Of a DNA stretch of 64,000 nt, positions 51,940-61,719 are shown piece after piece (the stretch's first letter is position 1; the number at the start of each line of letters is the position of its first letter). Made by a program: the position numbers and the translations under genes. Source of the stretch: a virus (taxonomy: Duplodnaviria > Caudoviricetes); IMG/VR virus record IMGVR_UViG_2731957752_000002, positions 1 to 64,000 of that record. One strand, 5' to 3'. The notes below the pieces were generated by a model. That model searched no databases. It was not told where the DNA came from and saw only the letters and a list, made by a program, of their open reading frames with translations.

Positions 51940-52905
51940 ATGTCCAATCCGCGCACTATTCGGACCACTGCTCTCGCAGGTGTCATCTTCCTCGGCAGCC
52001 TCGGATTCGCGACACCAACCGCCACTGCCGACACCGAACCCGACTGCCGACCACTCGTTCTCGGCATCGGCGGCAACGGGCAGCGGTCGGCAGAAGCTGT
52101 CGGCCAGCCCGGTTTGATGGGCGCCCAGCTCGCGCATGAAGCCGCGCAGGGCAAGCAGGTGGAGTCCCTGGACTACAAGTCCAGCGTGTGGCCGACCGGC
52201 CCGTACACCAAAGACGAATCCGTCACTGACGGCCGCGCCCGCGCAACCGAACGGATCAACCAGTATCGGCAGGACTGCCCCGGCGGACATGTGAAGGTCA
52301 TCGGGCACAGCCTCGGCGCCGAGTTCGCTGACGAGGTGGGCGCCGATGAGGTTGTCACATACGGGGATCCGCGCCGTCCGGGCGGCATCTACGACGCGCT
52401 GCCCGGCATTGTTCCCGGCATCTCCTCGCCCGGCCCGCGTGAACCTGGCGGGACCGTGACGACCGTGTGCCACGAGTTCGACGCCATCTGCGATTCACCT
52501 GCGCCATGGTCGGACCCAGCCAAGTTCATCCAGGGGTGGGCGGGCTACCTGAGCGGCTGGCACTACTACGCGCCCGGCGAAGCCGACGGCCTGCCGCCCG
52601 GCGACCACTACGTAGACATGCCGGCGCCGCTGCCGTGGCTGCCCGAGAGCACCCCGACCGGGATCCCGGAAGCGCCGCACTTCGCGCTGCCACCCGTCGA
52701 GCCCGGTCCGCTGCCGAGCCTCATGGACTTCAACCCGATCATCGACGCGGTCACACCGGATCCGTACGTGCCGACACCGCTTTCTGTGTACATCCCGGAT
52801 GAGGTCGAAACCGTCCTGCCGTCCGAGGTTCTGACGTACGTTCCGCCGCCGTTGCCGGAGATCGTTCTCCCGCCACTGCCTGATCTGGGGGTTCGGCTGC
52901 CATGA
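51940..52905 (+). CDS. Secreted cutinase-like alpha/beta hydrolase with Pro-rich tail
   Basis: Signal peptide ending ATA-D; GHSLG, YGDP, CHEFDAICD, downstream His (WHYY). Confidence 0.85.
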   Translation: MSNPRTIRTTALAGVIFLGSLGFATPTATADTEPDCRPLVLGIGGNGQRSAEAVGQPGLMGAQLAHEAAQGKQVESLDYKSSVWPTGPYTKDESVTDGRARATERINQYRQDCPGGHVKVIGHSLGAEFADEVGADEVVTYGDPRRPGGIYDALPGIVPGISSPGPREPGGTVTTVCHEFDAICDSPAPWSDPAKFIQGWAGYLSGWHYYAPGEADGLPPGDHYVDMPAPLPWLPESTPTGIPEAPHFALPPVEPGPLPSLMDFNPIIDAVTPDPYVPTPLSVYIPDEVETVLPSEVLTYVPPPLPEIVLPPLPDLGVRLP

Positions 52906-53096
52906 GTGACGCACTTGCCCACGCTCAATCGCGTGTCGCGTACGCGCAAGAGCGGCTTCGAAAGGCGCAGGAGAGCGTCGCTGCCAAGTCTCAGTACTTG
53001 GCGTACGCCTTCGCGGAACTCGCCAAGGCGGAACGCGACGCAGCCAGTGAACTCGCAGAAGTGAAGAGGGAGCTGGGCGCCGACGATGCCGAGTGA
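52902..53096 (+). CDS. Small coiled-coil hypothetical protein
   Basis: ATGA overlap. Confidence 0.55.
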   Translation: MSDALAHAQSRVAYAQERLRKAQESVAAKSQYLAYAFAELAKAERDAASELAEVKRELGADDAE

Positions 53097-53340
53097 CATC
53101 ACCGTCTACAGCAAGCCCAACTGCGTGCAGTGCGACGCCACCGTGCGCAAGCTCGACCAGCTCGGCGCAACCTACGTGAAGGTCGACGTCACCGAAGACA
53201 TCGAAGCCCTCGAAACCATTCGAGCCATCGGCTACTCGCAGGCGCCAGTCGTCGTCGCGGGCGAGGACCACTGGTCCGGGTACCGCCCGCACCGAATCGA
53301 GGAACTGGTGGCCGATGCGCAAGAAGCAGTGGAGAGCTGA
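53086..53340 (+). CDS. nrdH: NrdH-like glutaredoxin
   Basis: ITVYSKPNCVQC...QAPVV...HWSGYRP. Confidence 0.92.
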   Translation: MPSDITVYSKPNCVQCDATVRKLDQLGATYVKVDVTEDIEALETIRAIGYSQAPVVVAGEDHWSGYRPHRIEELVADAQEAVES

Positions 53341-53942
53341 ACCATCACCGACCGCTGAACGCGAATGGCATGTGCATCCGATCGACGACCTCATAGCGCA
53401 CGAGCTTGACGGCCACGACTGCGCCTGCGGGCCACGGACTGAACTGCATCTACGTGGCTGGTTGATCATCCACCACAGCCTCGACGGCCGCGAACGCACC
53501 GAACGATCCCCGCGCGGGCAGGAGAACGACTCATGAAATTCCGGCTCAAGCTGTGGGCGTTCGAACTCGAAATCAACACCCCCGAACCCGTACAGGTGTC
53601 ACCCACCGACCTGGTCACCGCATTGTGGTCGGCCATCTCGGCGCACCCGATGCAGCCGATCGTGCTCGTTGAGGACACTGAAGCCGAGGACTGATGCACG
53701 CCTACCGATCACGGATCAAGGGAGAGTATGCGTGGTTGATTTTGGGAGTCTCGGTGCTCGTATATGAGGCCCTTGCACCGGCCGATCAACTGCTGACGAC
53801 GGCGTGTGCGCGGGGATTGACGCGCCATCCTGTGCTTACTCGGGCCGCGATTGTAATCACGGCCGCTCATCTGCTCCGGCTCATACCCCCCTCGTTGGAC
53901 CCGTATAGTGGAGCTGAAAAGCTCCTCCGAAAGTGGAATTAA
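53315..53942 (+). CDS. Three small genes (53315-53536 His/Cys-rich, 53533-53694, 53694-53942 membrane)
   Basis: HVHPIDDLIAH...CACGP...HHSLDGRE; last ORF hydrophobic. Confidence 0.6.
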
Positions 53943-53970
53943 ATCGACTGTCGCAAGCGTTATTTCAGAT

Positions 53971-54729
53971 ATGGTTGATGTCGAACGATGGTCCGATATT
54001 CCCGGATATGAGGGCTACTATCAAGCGAGCGACCAGGGGCGGATAAAGAGCCTCCGGCGAACGATCCTGCGAGCCAACGGCATCCCGCAAACGGTGAAAG
54101 AGCGGATCCTTCGCCCAGGTCGATTGAGCAGCGGGCATCTTCATGTCGCGCTGAACGCGCCCGATAAGTCAATCAAGACGCGCCGAGTGCATCAGCTTGT
54201 CATGCTGGCATTTGTGGGACCGACGCCCGAAGGGCTTGAGATCTGCCACAACGACGGCAACCATGAGAACAATCGTCTCGATAATCTCCGGTTCGACACT
54301 CACGCTGAGAATATGCGGGATGTCATCAGGCATGGTGGCAATGCATACACGCGCCGGACCATGTGTCCAAATGGTCACGAGTACACATCTGAGAATGCCG
54401 GTGCAATCAAGGGGCGCGGTGGACGCTACTGTCGCGCATGCAAGTCGGAGAACTGGCGGGCATGGCGAGGACAACAGGAACCACGAGGGCCGCGGTCGCA
54501 CTGCCGTAAAGGGCATGAGTACCGTCCTGGTTCCTTCACTCAAAATGGTGAGTCCGGACGGCGTCTATGCATCGAATGTCAGCGGGCGAGAACGGCACGA
54601 CAGCGTCCGACGCATTGCCACCGAGGGCATGAACAGAACAGTCAGAATGCATATACGGGCAAAGATGGCCGACGTCAGTGTCGTGTCTGCAAGAACGCCC
54701 GGCGGCGCAAGAACTCTCAAACTCCTTGA
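53971..54729 (+). CDS. NUMOD4-HNH endonuclease with three C-terminal Zn-ribbon repeats
   Basis: WSDIPGYEGYYQASDQGRIKS, VHQLVMLAF, ICHNDGNHENNRLDNL, three CxxGH...CxxC repeats. Confidence 0.92.
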   Translation: MVDVERWSDIPGYEGYYQASDQGRIKSLRRTILRANGIPQTVKERILRPGRLSSGHLHVALNAPDKSIKTRRVHQLVMLAFVGPTPEGLEICHNDGNHENNRLDNLRFDTHAENMRDVIRHGGNAYTRRTMCPNGHEYTSENAGAIKGRGGRYCRACKSENWRAWRGQQEPRGPRSHCRKGHEYRPGSFTQNGESGRRLCIECQRARTARQRPTHCHRGHEQNSQNAYTGKDGRRQCRVCKNARRRKNSQTP

Positions 54730-54881
54730 GCGAGTGACAACACCACGCCCACATCTGTCCCTAACCGGCAGCGGAGCTCCTGTCATTTCTCTCAATCGGC
54801 TTGCCCAGGCGGCAGCCGCCCCCACCCCCAACTGATCGCGGACCGGCCAGGAGCCCGCCGCGCATCCTGGAGGTCCGCCAC

Positions 54882-55409
54882 ATGGCACGAAAACGCACCA
54901 TCCCCGTCGAAGTCCTCGTGCAAGCGCAGGAACGTCGCAACAAGATCCTGGAACTGCGTCTCGCAGGCAAGTCCCAAGCCCAGATCGTGGCCGAAACAGG
55001 CTGGTCCAAACAGACCGTCAGCGCCGACCTGAAACGAGCTATCGAGGACATCACCCGCGAAAACGCCGAAGAATACCGGGAACTGGAACTCACCCGCCTC
55101 GACGAAATGTGGGCAGCCATCTGGCCGCGGATCGTCAACCCGAAAAACGCCGAGGAACGCAAAGCCCAACCATGGTTAATGGACCGCGCATTCGAGATCA
55201 TCGAGAAGCGCGCCAAACTCACAGGCACTTACAAGGCAGCCGAACTGCGCGCCATCGCTGACGCCAAGGGTGGTGTCGGCACCGAGACTTTGTCCATGGT
55301 CGGCAGCTTCTTCAGCCGACTGGAAGAACTCGTCGCAGCCGATCAGCTCGCCGACGACAACGAGGAGACAGAGCCCGCAGATAGCGACGAAACGGACCTT
55401 CCAGAGTGA
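54882..55409 (+). CDS. Terminase small subunit
   Basis: HTH LRLAGKSQAQIVAETGWSKQTVSADL; overlaps terminase large subunit. Confidence 0.8.
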   Translation: MARKRTIPVEVLVQAQERRNKILELRLAGKSQAQIVAETGWSKQTVSADLKRAIEDITRENAEEYRELELTRLDEMWAAIWPRIVNPKNAEERKAQPWLMDRAFEIIEKRAKLTGTYKAAELRAIADAKGGVGTETLSMVGSFFSRLEELVAADQLADDNEETEPADSDETDLPE

Positions 55410-56716
55410 ACGTCCTCGACGACCTGCCACTGTCTCGCAAGCAGATCGTCAGCATCGTCGAAGCCCGCCGCTACCGCACCACCATCTGGTCAGGAGCCGT
55501 CCGCGCCGGCAAAACCATCGCCTCGATTCTCGCGTTCTACGACGCCGTGCACAAGGCGCCCGACACCGGGCTCATCATCATCGTCGGCCGAACGTTGCAG
55601 ACCATTGAACGCAACATCATCGAACCGATGCAGGACGAGAACGTCTTCGGTCCGTGGGCGGCAGAGGTGCATCACACCCGCGGCTCGAACATCGCGGTAA
55701 TCCTCGGTCGCACCGTGCACTTGATCGGCGCGTCCGATGTGCGCGCGGAGGGGAAGTTGCGCGGCATGACGTGTTGCCTCGCGCTCGTCGACGAAGCAAC
55801 GTTGTTGCCAGAGAACTTCTGGACCCAGTTGCAAGCGCGACTCTCGGTTCCTGGCGCCCGTTGTCTCGCGACAACGAATCCGGACAATCCTGCCCACTAT
55901 TTGAAGACGAAGTTCATCGACAAGGCGTCCGACCCAGAGATGCGGTTGCGTGCGTGGAACTTCACGATGGACGACAACCCGTCTCTCGACCCGGAATTCG
56001 TGGCTACCACGAAGGCGTCGTTCACGGGATTGTTCTATCTCCGCAACATTCTCGGACATTGGGTTGCCGCCGAAGGCGGCGTGTATGACTGCTTTGATCC
56101 CGATCGGCATGTGGTGAAATGGGCCGACCTGCCCGAGATGCAATGGTATGTGGGTGTCGGCGTCGATCACGGTACGACTAACCCGACCGCCGCGACCATG
56201 GTTGGCCTCGGCGTGGACAATGTCCTCTATGCGGTCGACGAATGGCGGTATGAACCCAGCAGCAAGGAAGCCCGCCGGACCAACGTACAACTGTCCCAAG
56301 GGCTACGAACATGGCTTGCCGGTCCGCACCACCCGAGCGAAGACCCAGACAGTCCGCCCCGGATCACATGCCCCGTGGTCGTCGACCCCGCCGCTGCGGA
56401 CTTCCGTGTCCAGTTGAAACAGGACGGGCTCAGCACCGGCCCCGCCCAAAACGATGTCCTCTATGGGATCAGGACGGTGTCCGCTCTTTTCAGCGTGGAC
56501 AAACTGAAGATAGCTGATCGATGCGTCGGGCTTATCAAAGAGATTCCCGGCTATGTGTGGGATACCAAGGCCACCGAAGAAGGAAAAGACCAGCCGATCA
56601 AGCTGGATGATCATTCTGTGGACAGTGTTAGGTACGCCCTGGTTTCGACTGAGCGGAAATGGCGGCGCCGCGTAAAGCTGGCGCATGATTCGAAAGCAGA
56701 ACCGGTTGCTGCGTGA
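55406..56716 (+). CDS. Terminase large subunit (PBSX-like)
   Basis: GAVRAGKT, LVDEA, ATTNPD, GVDHGTTNP, VDPAA, DDHSVDSVRY. Confidence 0.95.
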   Translation: MNVLDDLPLSRKQIVSIVEARRYRTTIWSGAVRAGKTIASILAFYDAVHKAPDTGLIIIVGRTLQTIERNIIEPMQDENVFGPWAAEVHHTRGSNIAVILGRTVHLIGASDVRAEGKLRGMTCCLALVDEATLLPENFWTQLQARLSVPGARCLATTNPDNPAHYLKTKFIDKASDPEMRLRAWNFTMDDNPSLDPEFVATTKASFTGLFYLRNILGHWVAAEGGVYDCFDPDRHVVKWADLPEMQWYVGVGVDHGTTNPTAATMVGLGVDNVLYAVDEWRYEPSSKEARRTNVQLSQGLRTWLAGPHHPSEDPDSPPRITCPVVVDPAAADFRVQLKQDGLSTGPAQNDVLYGIRTVSALFSVDKLKIADRCVGLIKEIPGYVWDTKATEEGKDQPIKLDDHSVDSVRYALVSTERKWRRRVKLAHDSKAEPVAA

Positions 56717-56785
56717 TTTGCGTCGACGAATTCGGGTTTGCTATCGCCGATACGATCATACTAGTCAGTTGATCTAGGAGGCGGA

Positions 56786-57040
56786 ATGTCCCTCGCGGAT
56801 GATCTATTCGAGGACGCTCAAGAGAAAAGCAAGCCGATACCGTGTAAGACCGGTGTTTGGATCGCTGGGCTCCCCGACCGCGACCGAGAAGCATTCGACG
56901 AGTTTCTCAACAACGGCGGCCCGGTTTCGAACCTGTGGCGGCTGGCGGTCAAGAATGGCTGCGCATCCGCCGAGACCCGCTTCCGCGCGCACTGCCGGAA
57001 ACGATGCTCCTGCTACAACGCTTTGGAGATCGCTGCGTGA
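56786..57040 (+). CDS. Small Cys/His-containing protein
   Basis: AGGAGG SD; PCKTG...RAHCRKRCSC. Confidence 0.7.
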   Translation: MSLADDLFEDAQEKSKPIPCKTGVWIAGLPDRDREAFDEFLNNGGPVSNLWRLAVKNGCASAETRFRAHCRKRCSCYNALEIAA

Positions 57041-58179
57041 GCCTCGCCGACGACCTCTCTCGGCAGCCGACTGCCGCGGAATCGGAGTACCGGCCGCGTA
57101 CTGAATTCGACGGCCGCGCCGGGGGATACATCCAGACCGGGCCGCTGCCAACCGCACCCGCCTCCTACACAGAGCTGCTGGAACAGTTCGGCTACAACCC
57201 TGATGAAGTCGAGATCGTCGGTCACCCGCGGGTGAGCCGCTGGCAGGGCTTCAGCGGGGAATGGTTAGCGGCATACCGGTTCCGTATCGCGCCGAAGGCC
57301 GCACCGTCGAACGTTGACGACTTGCTGGCACGCATCAATGCGTGGACTGCACATCAACCGGTCGCCGCGCCTGGGCCGCACGTGTTCAACCTTCAGTGCT
57401 CGGATTTGCAGATCGCCAAGGTCGACAACGGTGGCACCGAAACGATCGTCGAGAAGTTCTTGGAGACCGTCGACCGCGCCGTAGCTGAATACAACTCGCT
57501 GAAGCCCCGCGGCATCGCCGGCGTCCACATCTTGTTTCCCGGCGATTGCATCGAGGGCAACCAATCGCAGGACGGCCGCAACTGGTGGCGCACCGAATAC
57601 GGTGTCACCACCCAAACCCGGATCCTGCGCCGCCTGATGCTGCACACCGTCGAACAGTTCGCGCCACTCACTGACCAGGTTTGGATGTCGGTCGTCAACG
57701 GCAACCACGATCAGGCCCAAAGGTTCCAGAACACGAACCCTGGTGACGGGTGGGCCACAGAGTGCGCGATCAGCGTCGCCGACGCCCTGAAGATGAACCC
57801 GGCCGCGTTCGGGCACGTCACCGTCGAGGTGCCGGACCCTGAGCAGGGGTTCATGACCGTCGCTCGCGGCGACACCATCTTCACCATCGCGCACGGTCAC
57901 CAGTGGAAGGGCGGCGCCAGCGCGAAGCATTCGCATGCTTTCACCTGGTGGTCCGATCAAGCCTTCCACCAGCAGAACCCTGCGGGCGCTCATGTCTTAG
58001 CGCACGGCCACTTTCACAGTTGGGCCGTCGAAACGTCGAAGACCCGCACCCGCATCTGCTCGCCCACCTTCGACGGCGGCAGCAACTACTACCGAGACCT
58101 GACCGGCGCTGAAGCCAAGCGCGGCGGCCTCATCTACCTCACCCGAGCAGGCGAAGTCTCCAACATGAGCCTCGTCTAA
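57037..58179 (+). CDS. Calcineurin-like phosphoesterase
   Basis: SDLQ, PGDCIEG, NGNHD, AHGH, HGHFH. Confidence 0.88.
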   Translation: MSLADDLSRQPTAAESEYRPRTEFDGRAGGYIQTGPLPTAPASYTELLEQFGYNPDEVEIVGHPRVSRWQGFSGEWLAAYRFRIAPKAAPSNVDDLLARINAWTAHQPVAAPGPHVFNLQCSDLQIAKVDNGGTETIVEKFLETVDRAVAEYNSLKPRGIAGVHILFPGDCIEGNQSQDGRNWWRTEYGVTTQTRILRRLMLHTVEQFAPLTDQVWMSVVNGNHDQAQRFQNTNPGDGWATECAISVADALKMNPAAFGHVTVEVPDPEQGFMTVARGDTIFTIAHGHQWKGGASAKHSHAFTWWSDQAFHQQNPAGAHVLAHGHFHSWAVETSKTRTRICSPTFDGGSNYYRDLTGAEAKRGGLIYLTRAGEVSNMSLV

Positions 58180-58240
58180 CGGGCTTTCGAACTTCACTGC
58201 GCCCCCGATTCGGCGCGTACACCTTTTCGGGAGGCGCCCC

Positions 58241-59848
58241 GTGGCGATGCCTGAGTTCAAAGGCGCGTGGCCGCCGGAGCCCCACGATCAGGCGGCAGAC
58301 GCCTACGACACCTTCACCGCCTGGTGGTCAGGTGATGTGGAAACGCTTCAGGAGATCTACAGCGATAGCAGCCGGATGCCAGCGCCGCGGCCGTCGCAGT
58401 TGGCGGGTGGGTGGCGAGGCCGGCTGGCCCGCTTTTGGTACGGCCGACCAGTCCTTCAGGACACCAAGCGCCTTCACATCCCGGCCGCCGCGGATATCGC
58501 AACCACTTCAGCGGACCTGCTGTTCGGTCAGCCCCCTACCTGGCTGTTCAACCAGGGCGATGCGAAAGACCTCCAAGCCGCGCAGGACCGGTTGTCGGAT
58601 CTGCTCGACGGCGCCGACACGGTAGCGACCCTGTTGGAAGCTGCTGAGGTGCAAGCGGCCTTGGGTGGTGTCTACATTCGGCTCCATTGGGACAAAGAGG
58701 CCACTGAGAAGGTGATGTTCTCCGCGGTCGCCCCTGACGCTGCTATCCCGGAGTGGCGGTACGGGAAGCTGATCGCAGTGACTTTCTGGTCTGTTGTCGC
58801 GAAGGACAAGCGGGGCACGTGGCGGCACTTGGAGCACCACAGTATCGGCAGGATCGAACATGCCCTCTATCTGGGTGATGACGGCTCGATTGGCCGTGAA
58901 GTGCCGCTCGACTTGTTGGATGCCACGAAGTGGGCCGCCGATCAGCCTGTCGTAGAGACCGGCGTGGACGGCTTGACTGCCTGCTACATCCCGAACGTTC
59001 GTCCGGCTCGCCGCTGGCGAAACACTCCCGGCCTGTCCGCACTGGGCCGCTCAGACTTCGAGGGTGTGGAGCCGCTGTTCGACGCACTGGACGAGGTGTG
59101 GTCGTCGTGGATGCGGGATATCGATCTCGCGAAAGCCCGCCTGTTCGTCGCGCAGGAGCTGTTGGAGGATCAAGGACCGGGCAAGGGCTCCACGTTCGAC
59201 CCGGAGCAGGCGATCTTCACGCCGGTGCCGTCCGATGGGATGGCGCTGAATGACGACAGCGGCGCGCGGCTCGTGCAAGCCCAGCAGTTCGCGATTCGGG
59301 TGGAGGAGCACTCGAAGACGTGCGACAAGCTGTTGAAGCAAATCCTTCGCGCGGCAGGCTATTCGGCGGGCGACTTCGACGATTCGGAGACTGCCGGTGC
59401 GATCACCGCTACCGAGGTGTCCGCGCGCAAGGACAAGTCGAACACCACCCGATCCCGGAAAATACTTTACTGGCAGAGCGAGTTTCCAAAACTTGCGTCG
59501 GTCGCACTCCGCCTCGATGGACTGATCTTCCAGCGCCCCGATCTCGGAATCACCGCCGACCCGGAAATGGTGTTCCCGGTGCGCGTGGACCAGGATCCGG
59601 TGCAGTTGGCTACCGCGCTTTCCGCGTTGAAGACTGCCCGGTTGATCTCGACGGAGACCGCGGTCCGGGAACGCAACCCGAACTGGTCGAAGGACGAGGT
59701 TGACGACGAGGTCGCCCGGATCCTGAAGGAAAACACGCTGGAAGTCGCTGACCCTGATGGCGGCGAGTTCGAACCAGCCCACGAGGAACCCGACACCGGT
59801 TTCACCGATGAGGTCGAGCCCGACAGTGAGGTGGAGGAGGCGGCGTAA
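58241..59848 (+). CDS. Portal protein
   Basis: Position and size; LHIPAAADIA, GRSDF...LFDALDEVWS, TATEV. Confidence 0.92.
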   Translation: MAMPEFKGAWPPEPHDQAADAYDTFTAWWSGDVETLQEIYSDSSRMPAPRPSQLAGGWRGRLARFWYGRPVLQDTKRLHIPAAADIATTSADLLFGQPPTWLFNQGDAKDLQAAQDRLSDLLDGADTVATLLEAAEVQAALGGVYIRLHWDKEATEKVMFSAVAPDAAIPEWRYGKLIAVTFWSVVAKDKRGTWRHLEHHSIGRIEHALYLGDDGSIGREVPLDLLDATKWAADQPVVETGVDGLTACYIPNVRPARRWRNTPGLSALGRSDFEGVEPLFDALDEVWSSWMRDIDLAKARLFVAQELLEDQGPGKGSTFDPEQAIFTPVPSDGMALNDDSGARLVQAQQFAIRVEEHSKTCDKLLKQILRAAGYSAGDFDDSETAGAITATEVSARKDKSNTTRSRKILYWQSEFPKLASVALRLDGLIFQRPDLGITADPEMVFPVRVDQDPVQLATALSALKTARLISTETAVRERNPNWSKDEVDDEVARILKENTLEVADPDGGEFEPAHEEPDTGFTDEVEPDSEVEEAA

Positions 59849-60810
59849 TGCCTCTGACCCCTTCCTACGGTGACCGCCGCATCGGCCCGATTCAACGCCT
59901 CTACCGCAAGACGGAGAAGCGACTGATTCAGTGGCTCGCTAAGACTGTGGCCCCTGGCGTTGGGCATGGGTGGGCGTGGGCGTACAACGCCCTGTCCCGC
60001 CTGCTGAAGTTCCGGGTCGGTGTTGACCGAATCATGTCCGAAACCGATAACGTGATGCAGCCGCGCGTGGAATCTGCGATCCGCGGCGCTTGGCGAGACG
60101 GACTTACTGAGGCTCGACGCGATGCAGGGCCCGCGCCGGCGCCGGATGAGCGGCCGATGTGGCGGATCATCGACGACACCACCGAGGCGATTCGTGGCGC
60201 GCACCGCCATGTTCCGCGCTCGCTGGACAACGTGTACCGCGAGATCGTTGACGCCGCAGTGCATCCCCGCGAGATCGGGGAGCAGGCGCGCAGGGACGCG
60301 GTGCAACGTGCGCTGGAAGCGTTCGCACGCCAAGGCATCACGGGGTTCATGGACTCCCGTGGTCGTCGCTACGACTTCGTCACCTATGTGGAGACTGCGG
60401 TCCGTTCGGCGATCACTCGCGCCGAGGTGGATGCCTACTGTGCACAAGCTGTCTCGGCTGGGCATGACCTTGTGATCGTGTCCGATGTCGCTGGCTCCTG
60501 CCCGCTGTGCCGCCCTTTCGAGGGCCAAGTGTTGAGCATCACCGGCAACACCGTCGGCGCCATCGCCCGCGACAACAGCACGGGCCACGCCGTGCGTGTG
60601 CGCGTGTTGTGCTCGCTCGCGCAGGCACGTGAACGTGGCCTGTGGCATCGCAATTGCCGACACACCCTCAAGGTGTGGACGCCCGATGACCCTGCTCCGC
60701 CGCGTGCGGCCCGTGTTCCTGCCGAAGTGCGTGAGCGGCGTCGCCGTCAACGCAGTGCTGCGCGCCGGAACCGTATCCGTGAACGCGTCGGATTCGTTGC
60801 ACAGTCCTAA
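59848..60810 (+). CDS. Minor capsid / head maturation protein
   Basis: GITGFMDSRGRR, CPLCRPFEG, GLWHRNCRH. Confidence 0.85.
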   Translation: MPLTPSYGDRRIGPIQRLYRKTEKRLIQWLAKTVAPGVGHGWAWAYNALSRLLKFRVGVDRIMSETDNVMQPRVESAIRGAWRDGLTEARRDAGPAPAPDERPMWRIIDDTTEAIRGAHRHVPRSLDNVYREIVDAAVHPREIGEQARRDAVQRALEAFARQGITGFMDSRGRRYDFVTYVETAVRSAITRAEVDAYCAQAVSAGHDLVIVSDVAGSCPLCRPFEGQVLSITGNTVGAIARDNSTGHAVRVRVLCSLAQARERGLWHRNCRHTLKVWTPDDPAPPRAARVPAEVRERRRRQRSAARRNRIRERVGFVAQS

Positions 60811-60847
60811 ATAAGCTTCCCGCCTTCTGTGCGGGGACTCTACCCCC

Positions 60848-60880
60848 AACCTTTAACTCAGAATTCCTGAGTTAAAGGTT
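60848..60880. promoter_or_regulatory. AT-rich 14-bp-arm inverted repeat upstream of scaffold
   Basis: AACCTTTAACTCAG-aattc-CTGAGTTAAAGGTT. Confidence 0.6.
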
Positions 60881-60956
60881 CTGAGGGTTTCGTCATTTCA
60901 ACACCCTGTATGGCCAGGTTGCCTGCGGGTGTTTCTGCGTGTCCAGGAGGCACATC

Positions 60957-61691
60957 ATGGCCGACGAAGCCACCCCCCAGGAAACCACAACTGAAAACGC
61001 TGTCGACACTCCTGTCGAAACCCCGGCCGACAATCCGGTGCCCGGTGACGCTGTACAGGTCCCCGAGTCCGAAAACCCGGTCGAAACTCCTGCCCCCGAG
61101 CAGGAAAAGCCCGCGGCAAAAACCTACGACGAAGCCTACGTCAAGAAGCTTCGCGAGGAGAACGCCGCGACCCGCGTGAAGGGTAAAGAGGCTGCGGAAA
61201 AGGCTGCACAGGATGCCGCCGCTGCTGCCGAGAAGGCCCTCACTGAGAAGTGGGCGAAGGCTCTCGGACTGACCAAGGACGACGAACCCGCCGATCCCGC
61301 TGAGCTGCTGAAGCAGGCTGAGGAGCGGGAAAAGCAGATCGCCGCAGAGCGCGACGCTGCTGCTGAACGGCTCCGCGCCTACGAGCGCAAGGACGCCATC
61401 ACCAAAGCCGTCAATGACGTTGACGGCGACCTCGAATCCATTCTCGATTCCCGCAAGATCAGCGTGGAAATCGAGAAACTCGACACGAATGCCGACGATT
61501 TCGCTGCCCAGGTGGCCGCGATCGTTTCTGCGGCAGTCGAATCCAACCCAAAGCTCAAGAAGGCTGCCGACCGGGCGTCGGCTCCTCGAAGCGGCGGTGA
61601 TCTCTCGAACGGCAACGCGGCACCGAAACCGCGCGGCCCGAAAACCGTTGACGACTTCCGGCGCGAAATCGCCGAACGCAATAAGCGTTAA
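60957..61691 (+). CDS. Capsid scaffolding protein
   Basis: Acidic N-terminus, YVKKLREENAATR, coiled coil; precedes capsid. Confidence 0.88.
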   Translation: MADEATPQETTTENAVDTPVETPADNPVPGDAVQVPESENPVETPAPEQEKPAAKTYDEAYVKKLREENAATRVKGKEAAEKAAQDAAAAAEKALTEKWAKALGLTKDDEPADPAELLKQAEEREKQIAAERDAAAERLRAYERKDAITKAVNDVDGDLESILDSRKISVEIEKLDTNADDFAAQVAAIVSAAVESNPKLKKAADRASAPRSGGDLSNGNAAPKPRGPKTVDDFRREIAERNKR

Positions 61692-61719
61692 GTCGTTCTG
61701 ATTCTAGGAGCCACATTCA

